64,000 nucleotides of DNA. Origin: an uncultured Prevotella sp. GTDB lineage: Bacteria; Bacteroidota; Bacteroidia; Bacteroidales; Bacteroidaceae. The notes beneath the pieces are model-generated. The model saw only the letters and a program-made list of their open reading frames with translations. It was not told the origin of the DNA and ran no database searches. The stretch is taken from the NCBI GenBank assembly GCA_937889855.1, contig CALBYK010000248.1:16893-80892 (forward strand). Direction: 5' to 3'. The translations under genes were made by a program, and so were the position numbers. This document shows, one piece after another, positions 9,349 to 19,111 of the stretch (the stretch's first letter is position 1; each line of letters opens with the position of its first letter).

Positions 9349-9819
9349 TTATTTATTACATCTTTTTCCTATCACTTCAAGGACAATCGGTTTCAGGCCA
9401 TGAAAATACACCAATGCAGTGTTTGAGAAAAATATCCTCTCACGTGGTATACTTATGCTAAGCGTTATGGAATCTTTATAAGATTTTCTTATGGCATATT
9501 TGGGATATTTTACTTTCGTGCATCCACAATGCGTTTTAACAGTATCTATTGACAATATCTTTTTTGTGCTGTTCTGAAATGGAAAAGAAATTTCTAAGTT
9601 TTTTGACTTCTCAGATATTAGACAGCACCTTTTTCTGAATTTAAACAATTCTGCTCCATCATTTCTCTGGATTTCATCATTGCTAACATTTATATTATTA
9701 GTTCCCGTACCACTACATCCTTGCACAATAATTGCCAGCAGCAATAGCAGACAAATCCTTATCAATAAGTATTTGCCAAGTTTGCAATAAGTCATAAATG
9801 TAATATTTCTATTTGTCAT
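9349..9819 (-). CDS. DUF1573-like Ig-fold lipoprotein
   Basis: VKTHCGCT motif; lipobox-like VQGC; start codon uncertain. Confidence 0.7.
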   Translation of the reverse strand: MTNRNITFMTYCKLGKYLLIRICLLLLLAIIVQGCSGTGTNNINVSNDEIQRNDGAELFKFRKRCCLISEKSKNLEISFPFQNSTKKILSIDTVKTHCGCTKVKYPKYAIRKSYKDSITLSISIPRERIFFSNTALVYFHGLKPIVLEVIGKRCNK

Positions 9820-9841
9820 ATCTGAAAATTATTATTTTTTG

Positions 9842-9974
9842 CAAAATTACAGTGAATCATACTAAAAGCATAATTATAATTGTTTCATTATGTGTTTTTG
9901 AAACAAAATGAGACAAATACACTTAAATACTGCGGCACAAACATGTAAAAAATGATTGCTTTTTCTTATCTTTG
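9842..9974. promoter_or_regulatory. Divergent promoters with putative operator boxes
   Basis: TAATTTTG minus 9842-9849; TATCTTTG plus 9967-9974; TTGTTTCA 9880-9887; TGAAACAAAA-TGAGACAAAT 9899-9918. Confidence 0.6.
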
Positions 9975-10002
9975 CATCTAATGATTACAAATAAGCAACA
10001 AA

Positions 10003-11699
10003 ATGGAGATGTTGAATAAATTATTTCAGTTTTTTTTTATATTCTTATTATTTTCATGTGATAATTCTGGTATTTTGTCTAATTTAGATAGAATTAAACG
10101 AGTTGGCGATAATAATCCGAAACTGGCCGCAAGAATGTTGGATTCTATTTACGTAGATATGGACTCTGAGTCCAAATATGCGAAAATGAAGTATGAGCTT
10201 CTTAAAATCCGCCTAAATGACAAGAACGGCATTAGTCCCATAACGAGCAGCATGGCTGAGACAATTTCTAAATATTTTACAGAAAAGGGTACCCCCAAAG
10301 ACAAACAAGAAGCGTATTTTTATACTGGTTGCGTATATCGTGATTTAAACGACACTCCAAGGGCAATAGAATTCTTTGATAATTCAATTGAAATTGTATA
10401 CTACAGTAAAGGGGAATGCGACTCTATACTTTACCGGGACACTTACTCCAATCTTTTCAGGATGTACAGAAATTTGCATGACTCTTCAACGGCCTTGACA
10501 ATTGCCAAAAAAGAATACGAACTATCGGATGAGATGCGTGACCTCTCGATTAATACTATAATGAATGTTGGTGAGGCCTACCTTGATGTTGGCAATAAGG
10601 ATGAGTCAGAAAAGTACTTTGACATAGCTTTGGAAACTATGTCACAGAAATGGCACATCAAGGATAGTGAAAGCGCTTATTCGCTTCTTGGATTTTACTC
10701 TGACTTAGGACAGTCTGCTAAAGCTGCAAGATGTTTAGATTTGATACATCAGCGAGATATTTTCAGCTTACCAATCTTCCTGATTCAGCTGTCTCATCAT
10801 ATAAACTTGCTTTACAACACGCAAAAGACGGATATGCAAAGTATGATGCCATAAAAGCGTTGTTCTGCATCTATTCACAAAATGGTGATTTCGCCCAGGC
10901 CAACAAATATGGGGATAAACTAATAAAACTTATAGACAATATTGACTTAAATGGCAATCGTCGGCTGGCAACGACCGAATATAATAAATTCCAATACAAT
11001 CTTGACCGTAATCGTCTTCAAAGAAGTGAGCACAGACAACTTGTCTACAGGTCAATAATTATCGCTATTCTCATTTTTGTTATTTTGCTGATATTGGTTT
11101 TTGTGGAATTTTACATGCACAAGAAGAACAAGGCAGACCAAAAGCAATCTTCACTTTCCAAGAACCTTTCCATGATGGAAAAAGAATTGCATGACACAAG
11201 AAAGGTAATTACAGAAAAAGAAGAGATACTCACAGAAGTCCAGAAAGACATTGCTGACAAAAAAAGAGAATTGGAAGAAATGACCAATGAGCTTCAGATG
11301 AACGAGCGCCAGCTCAAGGACACGAAGGAAGAACTCTCAGACAAACTTAGCCAGAACATGGCACTTGTGCAAATGCTCAGACGGACAAAAATGGAAGACA
11401 ATCCAAACATTGTTATTGCGGACCTGGAGCAAGCGGCTGTTGGCAAGAAGAAACTTACAAATGAGGACTTTGCCAAAATCTTTGCCGCCATCGATAGCCT
11501 TTACCCCGATTTCAAAGCCAAATTGTTGCGTAGCAACGGACGTGTCAGCGGATTGCAAATGCAAGTGTACTACCTGATGCGCATTGGCTTGACTGCTCCA
11601 CAGATAAACAACATTGTGGACGTGTCACGCTCAACAATTTGGCGTTGGCTGAAGAAAAACGAATGGATATATAAAATAAATGAGGGGGAACCGATGTGA
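10003..11699 (+). pseudogene. TPR-TM-coiled coil-HTH membrane-anchored regulator, split by a frameshift near 10751
   Basis: ORFs 10003..10854 and 10731..11699 align consecutively with the intact paralog 25620..27191; C-terminal QVYYLMRIGLTAPQI..VSRSTIWRW. Confidence 0.8.
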
Positions 11700-11710
11700 T
11701 TCCCCCTTCA
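11681..11710. terminator. Hairpin between convergent genes
   Basis: TGAGGGGGAA..TTCCCCCTTCA. Confidence 0.5.
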
Positions 11711-11726
11711 ATATTACACGCAGTTT

Positions 11727-12584
11727 CTATTTCTTTGCTACATCGGCAAGCCTGCCCATCCACTTGCCGCCTATCATGCAGGCAACTCCTATGATGATGA
11801 ACGGGATGCTGAGCAACTGTCCCATGTCGAGCGGAAGCGAAGCCTCAAATGCCTCTTGCACCTCCTTCGTATACTCGATGAAGAACCTGGCGGTGAAGAT
11901 GTAGGTGAGGCATAGCCCGAAGAAGAATCCGGTGCCGACACGTTGTGGCTGACGGCGGTATATTGCCCAGCCTATGAAGAACAACACGGCGTAGGTGATG
12001 GCCTCGTAGAGCTGCCCTGGATGGCGCGGCAACGGGTCGACCTGCTGGAAGATGAATGCCCATGGCACGTCAGTGGCCTTGCCTATAATCTCGGAGTTCA
12101 TCAAGTTGCCAAGACGTATGAAGCATGCCGTGACGGGAGTGGCGATGGCTATGTTGTCGAGCACCTGCCATATGTTCATCTTGGTGCGGTGAACGTAGAG
12201 CCAGAGCGCGAGCATAAGGCCGAGCGTGCCGCCGTGCGACGCGAGTCCGCGGTAGCCGGTGAAACGCCAGCCGCCGTCAGGGAGGAAGTCGATGGGGATG
12301 AATATCTCCACAAAATGCTTCCAGCTTGAGAGGAAGAGGTCGGGCTGGTAGAAAAGGCAATGCCCAAGGCGCGCTCCGGCGAGTATGCCGACAAAGCAAT
12401 AGATGAAGAGAGGGTCGAACAACTCGTCCTTCACCTTCTGCTCCTTGTAGAGCCTCTGCACGATGAGGTAGGCGAGCGCCAGGCCTATGAGCCAGCACAG
12501 CGAGTACCAGTGTACGGCAAGCGGACCGATGGAGAAAGCCACGTTGCTCGGGTCCCAGACGATGTAGTTTAGTAGTGAGGTCAT
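11727..12584 (-). CDS. lgt: Prolipoprotein diacylglyceryl transferase
   Basis: GARLGHCLFY, GLASHGG, RLGNLMNSEIIG and HPGQLYEA motifs. Confidence 0.97.
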   Translation of the reverse strand: MTSLLNYIVWDPSNVAFSIGPLAVHWYSLCWLIGLALAYLIVQRLYKEQKVKDELFDPLFIYCFVGILAGARLGHCLFYQPDLFLSSWKHFVEIFIPIDFLPDGGWRFTGYRGLASHGGTLGLMLALWLYVHRTKMNIWQVLDNIAIATPVTACFIRLGNLMNSEIIGKATDVPWAFIFQQVDPLPRHPGQLYEAITYAVLFFIGWAIYRRQPQRVGTGFFFGLCLTYIFTARFFIEYTKEVQEAFEASLPLDMGQLLSIPFIIIGVACMIGGKWMGRLADVAKK

Positions 12585-12599
12585 ATCTTGATTTTTTAT

Positions 12600-12633
12600 G
12601 AGGGTGTGTCAATAAGATAAATGGCACACCCTC
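12600..12633 (-). terminator. Hairpin after ychF
   Basis: GAGGGTGTGTCA..TGGCACACCCTC. Confidence 0.5.
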
Positions 12634-12643
12634 TTATTCATGT

Positions 12644-13750
12644 TTAGACGTTGAAGCGGAAGTGCATGATGTCGCCGTCCTGCACGACATAGTCCTTGCC
12701 CTCAATCGACAGCTTTCCTGCCTCGCGCACGGCAGCCTCAGAGCCATACTTGAGATAGTCGTCGTACTTGATTACCTCGGCGCGGATGAATCCCTTCTCG
12801 AAGTCGGTGTGTATCACTCCGGCACACTGCGGAGCCTTCCATCCCTTGTGGTAGGTCCATGCCTTGACCTCCATCTCGCCGGCGGTGATGAATGTCTCGA
12901 GGTTGAGCAGGCTGTAGGCCTTCTTGATGAGGCGGTTGACGCCGCTCTCCTCCAGCCCGAGCTCCTCAAGGAACATCTGCTTGTCCTCGTAGGTTTCGAG
13001 CGACGCGATGTCCTCCTCTGTCTTTGCAGCGATGACGAGCATCTCGGCACCCTCGCTCTTGGCTATCCCGGCAATCTGCTCCGAGTACTTGTTGCCCTCC
13101 TTGGCTGACGCCTCGTCGACGTTGCACACGTAGAGCACAGGCTTGGCGGTGAGCAGGAAGAGGTCGTGCGCGTAGCGCTGCTCCTCCTTCGACTCAAACT
13201 CGACGGTGCGCGCGTTCTTGCCCTGCTCAAGCACCTGCTTGTAGGCCTCGAGCACGCTGACGGCAATCTTGGCGTCCTTGTTGTTGCCTATGGCGGCAAT
13301 CTTCGACTGCTTCTGGAGCTGTGCCTCTACTGTCTCGAGGTCCTTGAGCTGGAGCTCGGTGTCTATCACCTCCTTGTCCTCGACAGGGTTGACGCTGGCG
13401 CCGCCCTCGCGCACGATGTTGTCGTCGTCGAAGCAGCGGAGCACGTGTATGATGGCGTCGGTCTCGCGGATGTTGCCGAGGAACTTGTTGCCAAGACCCT
13501 CGCCCTTGCTGGCACCCTTTACGAGGCCTGCGATGTCCACAATCTCGCATGTCGCGGGGACGATGCGTCCTGGATGCACTATCTCGGCGAGCTTTGTGAG
13601 TCGCTCGTCGGGCACGGTGATGACGCCTACGTTAGGCTCGATTGTGCAGAAAGGGAAGTTGGCTGCCTGTGCCTTGGCGTTGGAGAGGCAGTTGAAAAGA
13701 GTGGACTTTCCCACGTTAGGAAGTCCAACGATACCACATTTTAATGACAT
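12644..13750 (-). CDS. ychF: Redox-regulated ATPase YchF
   Basis: [30 protein letters not shown]-terminal TGS domain. Confidence 0.98.
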   Translation of the reverse strand: MSLKCGIVGLPNVGKSTLFNCLSNAKAQAANFPFCTIEPNVGVITVPDERLTKLAEIVHPGRIVPATCEIVDIAGLVKGASKGEGLGNKFLGNIRETDAIIHVLRCFDDDNIVREGGASVNPVEDKEVIDTELQLKDLETVEAQLQKQSKIAAIGNNKDAKIAVSVLEAYKQVLEQGKNARTVEFESKEEQRYAHDLFLLTAKPVLYVCNVDEASAKEGNKYSEQIAGIAKSEGAEMLVIAAKTEEDIASLETYEDKQMFLEELGLEESGVNRLIKKAYSLLNLETFITAGEMEVKAWTYHKGWKAPQCAGVIHTDFEKGFIRAEVIKYDDYLKYGSEAAVREAGKLSIEGKDYVVQDGDIMHFRFNV

Positions 13751-13851
13751 GTCTTTATATAAATTTTCTTGTTCCTTGTGTTATTTGTAGTGCAAAGTTA
13801 CGACTATTTGTTGAGGAAAGAAAGAAAAAGCGCAAATATTAAGCCGTTGGG

Positions 13852-14253
13852 CTACTCTTGGCCGAAGCCGAAGGCGCGGTCGTAGTCGGCGCTGTTGCCG
13901 AGGCGGCCGTTGATGAGGCACACCAGCTCCACGGTGGCGCGGAAGCACAACTTGTTGTCTGTCTTGCGGAAGATGTCCTGGTTGAAGATGTATCGCAGCC
14001 CTTCCTTGCGCACCCCGAGCTTGGATATGAAGATGTCGTCGCAGCGCAGCGGTGTCTTGTACTGTAGGTTCATGCGTGCCACCACGGCGTCGACACCCTG
14101 CTCGTGGAGCTTGGCGAAGCTCACGCCGAGCGACGTGAGATAAAGGTGGCGGGTGTGCTCGGTGTAATGTAGATAGTTGGCATTGTTGACGATGCCCTGG
14201 ATGTCGCACTCATAGTCGCGCACTTCCATTTCGGTTTCAAAAACGTATGACAT
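13852..14253 (-). CDS. Acyl-CoA thioesterase (YbgC/FadM hot-dog family)
   Basis: VRDYECDIQGIVNNANYLHY motif. Confidence 0.9.
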   Translation of the reverse strand: MSYVFETEMEVRDYECDIQGIVNNANYLHYTEHTRHLYLTSLGVSFAKLHEQGVDAVVARMNLQYKTPLRCDDIFISKLGVRKEGLRYIFNQDIFRKTDNKLCFRATVELVCLINGRLGNSADYDRAFGFGQE

Positions 14254-14336
14254 GATAATGAGATAAAAGCCCTACCCCCAGCACCTCCCCGAATGTGGAG
14301 GGGAGTGATGTGCCTTTGTGGGGATGAGGGGTGATT

Positions 14337-14966
14337 TTATAAATAGAATATACCCTCCGGCCCCTCGTTGCACAGCAGGTCGAGCACAGACATGTTTGGC
14401 TTGAAACCGTGGCGCCTGGCGTAAACCTGATAGTAGGGGCGCGGCTCGAACGAAGGGTCGGACAGCGGGTGCTTGGGACGGATGACGTCGCGGAAGTCGT
14501 CGGTGCCGGGAGCACCGGCGTCGGCATACTCGTCGGTGAGCGATATGTCGGGGCGCACGTCGAGCAGTTCGCACAGTTTCATGGTTATCTCCGTGTTGAA
14601 GTCGAAGAGAAACTCCCACTTGCGCTCGAAGAACGGGCGTAGGTCGTCCGCGTAGTAGTCGAAGAACGGGCTCTCGCCGTAGGCCGACACGATGGCGTTC
14701 CAGTGGAGGTGGCGCCACTCGCCGTGGTCGCTGACGCGTATGTCGCGCATCGCACACTTGGCGCCGTCATACTTCTCTATGGGCACCGTCAGGGCCTGCA
14801 CGCCGTTGGCGGTGGCGATGAGGCAGCGGTTGCGGTAGGTCTGCTTGCAGAAGTTGTCGTTGCGCTCTATGAACACGTGGCTGTAGCGGTGGAGTTTCTG
14901 CATCCATTGCACAGGAGGAAAGTAGGCGGAGGAAAGGATGGCAACGCTGTTGGATTGTTGTTGCAT
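14337..14966 (-). CDS. WbqC family protein
   Basis: KQTYRNRC, AYGESPFF and LDLLCNEGP motifs; usual neighbour of lepB in Bacteroidales. Confidence 0.9.
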   Translation of the reverse strand: MQQQSNSVAILSSAYFPPVQWMQKLHRYSHVFIERNDNFCKQTYRNRCLIATANGVQALTVPIEKYDGAKCAMRDIRVSDHGEWRHLHWNAIVSAYGESPFFDYYADDLRPFFERKWEFLFDFNTEITMKLCELLDVRPDISLTDEYADAGAPGTDDFRDVIRPKHPLSDPSFEPRPYYQVYARRHGFKPNMSVLDLLCNEGPEGIFYL

Positions 14967-14984
14967 TGGGTTGTTGTTGGAAAA

Positions 14985-15221
14985 TTAAGACTTGCGGATA
15001 TCTATCAAGGTGATAATAAATGTAGTGACCAACTCCGCCACAACATTGGCAATGATGAAATACAGCAATTTCGTCATGGAACTTGCCCTACTCTCGAGTT
15101 CTAAACCAATTGTGTCGAAGAGCAAGAATACCATCAAAAGCACTGCCACGTAGAGAAAGAAGTGCAGCTTGTAGTGCCCGTTTTGTGCACTCCAAAGATT
15201 CTTCAGGAATTTCTTTAGCAT
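14985..15221 (-). CDS. Small 2-TM hypothetical protein
   Basis: 78 aa from ATG 15221 (MLKKFLKNLW...), two hydrophobic segments, AT-rich. Confidence 0.5.
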   Translation of the reverse strand: MLKKFLKNLWSAQNGHYKLHFFLYVAVLLMVFLLFDTIGLELESRASSMTKLLYFIIANVVAELVTTFIITLIDIRKS

Positions 15222-15253
15222 GTTTGTGTAACTATCTAAGGTGAATGTAGAAC

Positions 15254-15295
15254 GAAAAGAGGCTGTGCTTGCGAGTTTTGGCACAGCCTCTTTTC
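15254..15295 (-). terminator. Intrinsic terminator after lepB
   Basis: 15-bp inverted repeat GAAAAGAGGCTGTGC..GCACAGCCTCTTTTC. Confidence 0.7.
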
Positions 15296-16746
15296 TACTT
15301 GATGTTGTCGACGAAGCGGAACAGTCGGCTCCAGCGTATGCCAGAGAATCCCGAGTGGTCGGGGTCGTGGCTCCACCAGATGAAGATAGGCTTGCCCACG
15401 ATGTGGTCCTCGGGAACGAATCCCCAGTAGCGCGAGTCGAGCGAGTTGTGGCGGTTGTCGCCCATCATCCAGTAGTAGTCCATCTTGAAGGTGTAGCTGT
15501 TGGCAATCTTGCCGTTAATGTATATCTTGCCGCCGCGCACCTGCAGGTCGTTGCCCTCATACACCTTGATGGGGCGCTCGTAAATGGCGATGTTGTCCAT
15601 CGTGAGCTTGACGGTGGCACCCTTCTTCGGAATCCACACCGGCCCGTAGTTGTCGCGTGTCCACCCCTTGTTGCCGTTGAGCGGATAGATATCCCATGTC
15701 GTCGGGTCGTTGACGAGCGTGACGCTCTCCACTATGTCCTTGCGTGCGCGCAGCGCCTTGACTGACGTGTTGGTAAGAGGCAGGTAGCCGGCAGTGTTGA
15801 GGCTCGCGATGTCCTCCATGGATATGCCGAGCTGGTCGATGAGCTCAAGCGGTAGTTGCGCGCGGAGCTTCACGTAGTAGGAATACTGTACGTTGTCGGG
15901 TTCCTTGTTGGCCTTGCCGTCGGTGTAGACTATGCGGTTCTTTATCTGTAGTGTCTGTCCCGGCAGACCCACACAGCGCTTCACGTAGTTCTCGCGGCGG
16001 TCGGCGGGGCGCGTTATGACATCGCCATACTCGGCAGGGTTGGAGTTGATGATGCGCCGTCCGTCGGCATAGAGCCTGGCGAAGAAGTCGCGTTGCTGCT
16101 GAGGCTGCATCTCGCCGATGTTTGGCAGGTAGCCGCCATGCTTGGCTGCATACTCGCCCTCGCCCAGTCCGTAGGCGAGCCGGTAGAAGTCTTGCGCCTG
16201 GTATTGCGGGGCGGAGCACAGTGTGTCGCCGGCAGGATAGTTGAACACGACGATGTCGTTCTGCTGGACAGTGCCGAGGCCCTTGGCACGCTCATACTTC
16301 CATTGAGGCCACTCTATGTAGGAGCGGCAGTCGAACACGGGCAGCGTGTGCTGCGTGAGCGGCAGCGTGAGCGGAGTCTGCGGCTTGCGCGGGCCGTAGC
16401 TCACCTTCGACACGAAGAGGTAGTCGCCCGTGAGGAGCGACTTCTCAAGTGACGACGACGGGATGACGTAGTTCTGGAAGAAGAACAGGTTGATGAAGTA
16501 GACGGCAACGAGCGCAAAGACAAGCGCGTCCACCCACGACATGACGAAGCGTGTGACGCCTTCGCTGTCGCGCCACCACTGCCATTTTATCTTCTTTGTG
16601 ACATACACGTCGAATATGAACGGAAGGACAATGAGTCCCCACCAGCTCTTTACCCAGTAGAGGAAGAGCAGGTAGAGCACCGTCACGACGGCAAATTTTG
16701 CCCACTGAGCCTTGGGGCTGGTCTTTTTTGAAGAATTCTTTTCCAT
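15295..16746 (-). CDS. lepB: Signal peptidase I (S26)
   Basis: IPSSSLEKSL, YVKRCVGLPG and GDNRHNSLDSRYWG motifs. Confidence 0.96.
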   Translation of the reverse strand: MEKNSSKKTSPKAQWAKFAVVTVLYLLFLYWVKSWWGLIVLPFIFDVYVTKKIKWQWWRDSEGVTRFVMSWVDALVFALVAVYFINLFFFQNYVIPSSSLEKSLLTGDYLFVSKVSYGPRKPQTPLTLPLTQHTLPVFDCRSYIEWPQWKYERAKGLGTVQQNDIVVFNYPAGDTLCSAPQYQAQDFYRLAYGLGEGEYAAKHGGYLPNIGEMQPQQQRDFFARLYADGRRIINSNPAEYGDVITRPADRRENYVKRCVGLPGQTLQIKNRIVYTDGKANKEPDNVQYSYYVKLRAQLPLELIDQLGISMEDIASLNTAGYLPLTNTSVKALRARKDIVESVTLVNDPTTWDIYPLNGNKGWTRDNYGPVWIPKKGATVKLTMDNIAIYERPIKVYEGNDLQVRGGKIYINGKIANSYTFKMDYYWMMGDNRHNSLDSRYWGFVPEDHIVGKPIFIWWSHDPDHSGFSGIRWSRLFRFVDNIK

Positions 16747-16758
16747 AATGATAAGCTC

Positions 16759-17514
16759 TTAAAACTTGAACAAATCGCTCGTCGTGAGCAGTCCCTCATG
16801 GTTCTTTGTATACTCGGCAGCGAGCACGGCCCCCAGGGCGAATCCCTTGCGTGAGTGGGCGTCGTGTGTTATGGTGATGCAGTCGGCGTCGCTGTCGTAT
16901 ATCACGGAGTGGATGCCTGGCACCTCGTCGCGGCGTATGCTCTCGATGGCCAGTTCGTCGGGAGCCACGTTGTTTGTGCCCTCAACGGTGCCGTCTGCGA
17001 GGTGTTGCTCGCCCTTCACCCATGACTGCTTGCGGTCGAGGCGGTCGACAATCTCCTCGGCGAGGGTGATGGCGGTGCCGCTCGGTGCGTCGAGCTTGTG
17101 GATGTGGTGGGTCTCCTCCATGCGCACGTCATACTGCGTGAACTGGTTCATTATCTTTGCGAGATAGCGGTTGACTGCCGAGAAGATGGCCACACCTATG
17201 GAGAAGTTGGACGCCCAGAACAAGGTCTTGCCTTCCTCCGTGCACATGCGCCGCACGTCGTCGCCGTGGTCCTTCATCCATCCTGTCGAGCCGCTCACCA
17301 CCTTGACGCCCGCTTTCCATGCGCGCAGATAGTTGGCATAGGCGGCAGTGGGAGAGGTGAATTCTATCGCCACGTCAGCCGAGGCGAATTCAGGAGAGTT
17401 GAAGTCGTCCTGGTTGTTGATGTCAATGATGCTTACAATTTTGTGGCCACGCTCCTTGCAGATAGACTCAATCATCTTGCCCATCTTGCCGTAGCCGATA
17501 AGTGCTATGTTCAT
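16759..17514 (-). CDS. dapB: 4-hydroxy-tetrahydrodipicolinate reductase
   Basis: GYGKMG and ETHHIHKLDAPSGTA motifs; start set at ATG 17514. Confidence 0.96.
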   Translation of the reverse strand: MNIALIGYGKMGKMIESICKERGHKIVSIIDINNQDDFNSPEFASADVAIEFTSPTAAYANYLRAWKAGVKVVSGSTGWMKDHGDDVRRMCTEEGKTLFWASNFSIGVAIFSAVNRYLAKIMNQFTQYDVRMEETHHIHKLDAPSGTAITLAEEIVDRLDRKQSWVKGEQHLADGTVEGTNNVAPDELAIESIRRDEVPGIHSVIYDSDADCITITHDAHSRKGFALGAVLAAEYTKNHEGLLTTSDLFKF

Positions 17515-17610
17515 TTCCTTATATTTATGTATGATATATATGTTAGACGCTGTGAGTGTGTGGTTCACTACGTCTGCAAAGTTACAAAAAAACCTTGGTT
17601 TACCTTTCTT

Positions 17611-18930
17611 TTAGAACGCTTTCTCCACTCTCGTCCTCAATCCTTTTATCTTGCTTGCCGAGGCAGTGCGGATGACGCCACGCTCCAGGCCGTTTCTCAC
17701 TGCCACATAGGCGTAGCGCTCGTATACGTCGATGCGTCCGATGTCGGAGCCTTTCAGCCCGCAGGTCTTGCAGAGAAAACCGAGAATGTCGCCCTTTGAT
17801 ATCTTGTCCTTCTTGCCCTTGCCTATGTAGAGCGTTACCATGCGCGGCAGAGGAGTCTTGCAGGCGGCAGGCGCGACGGTAAAGTCTTCGGTAGGCTCCT
17901 TCACATATTCCGGGAGCGACTCCTCCGGACCGAGTATCATGAATGCGCGTCCCGTGGCCTCCCACCGTCCTGTCCTTCCCACACGGTGTATGTACTCGTC
18001 CTCGCCTACGGGCAGGTTGTAGTGTATGACGTTGTTGACCTCAGGTATGTCGAGACCGCGTGCGGCAAGGTCGGTGCCTACAAGCACGTTCACTGACTGG
18101 TTGGCGAAGCGGTATACGGCCTCCTCGCGCTGGCGCTGGTCGAGCCCGCCGTGCAGGCTGCTTACGGCAAACCCCTCGTCGGCGAGGCATTTGCTGACAC
18201 GCTCAACACCGTCGCGGTAGTTCATGAAGACGATGGACTGCTCGTCACCGAAGCTGTAGAGCATGCGGGTGAGTGTCGTTATCTTGTCCTTTTCGGCTGA
18301 GCGGACAGTGTAGAGCCCGATGCGGTCGGGAGTCTGCTCATCGTCCACGCGGTAGTCGATGCGTTCTGTCCTGCCCATGCGCACGAACGACGGCATCTCC
18401 TCGGCGTCGGTGGCAGAGAGCAGCAGGCGCCGCTTTACGTTTGGCAGGCTTTCCACCGCCTTCTGCATCTCGGCGCGGAACCCCATGCGAAGGCACTTGT
18501 CAAACTCGTCGATGACGAGCCAGCGGACGTCGGCCACCGAGAAGTTGAGCTTGTCGATGTGGTCGTTAAGGCGTCCTGGAGTGCAGAACACGATTTGTGG
18601 GCGTGTGCGCATGATGGTGCGGTGCTCGTCCATGGTAGGACGTCCTCCATAAAGGCATTCGGAGCGCAGGCCGGTGCCCATGCGGCGGAACACGTCGTTC
18701 GACTGCATGGCAAGTTCTCTGCCTGGCACTATCACCACCGCCTGCACCTCGTCAACGGCAGGGTTTAGCCTGGTGGCGAGAGGAAGCAGGTAGGCGAGGG
18801 TCTTGCCGCTGCCTGTAGGTGCGAGCACCACGACATCCTTGTCGGAGTGGAGCACGGCGTCCATAGTATCTTGCTGCATGGCATTGAGCTCGTCAATGCG
18901 TAGCTTTTGTAGTGTTGTCTCTATATCCAT
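17611..18930 (-). CDS. DEAD-box RNA helicase with DbpA-type C-terminal RNA-binding domain
   Basis: APTGSGKT, DEFD, SAT and HRVGRTGR motifs; GKKDKISKGDILG. Confidence 0.92.
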   Translation of the reverse strand: MDIETTLQKLRIDELNAMQQDTMDAVLHSDKDVVVLAPTGSGKTLAYLLPLATRLNPAVDEVQAVVIVPGRELAMQSNDVFRRMGTGLRSECLYGGRPTMDEHRTIMRTRPQIVFCTPGRLNDHIDKLNFSVADVRWLVIDEFDKCLRMGFRAEMQKAVESLPNVKRRLLLSATDAEEMPSFVRMGRTERIDYRVDDEQTPDRIGLYTVRSAEKDKITTLTRMLYSFGDEQSIVFMNYRDGVERVSKCLADEGFAVSSLHGGLDQRQREEAVYRFANQSVNVLVGTDLAARGLDIPEVNNVIHYNLPVGEDEYIHRVGRTGRWEATGRAFMILGPEESLPEYVKEPTEDFTVAPAACKTPLPRMVTLYIGKGKKDKISKGDILGFLCKTCGLKGSDIGRIDVYERYAYVAVRNGLERGVIRTASASKIKGLRTRVEKAF

Positions 18931-19006
18931 AAAAAATAAGTTTTTGCAAAGTTACAAAATTAGCGACAAATATTTGGACAAAGGTTGCCGCTTATTACAT
19001 GGGCAA

Positions 19007-19059
19007 AAGATTAACGGCAATTACGCGGAGATGTTGTCCGTATAATTGCCGTTAGTCTT
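19007..19059 (-). terminator. Long hairpin after infB
   Basis: AAGATTAACGGCAATTACGCGGA..TCCGTATAATTGCCGTTAGTCTT. Confidence 0.6.
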
Positions 19060-19111
19060 GATGTCGTATAATTTTTTATCGCAAGTCAGTGAAATTGCCG
19101 TTAATATGGGC

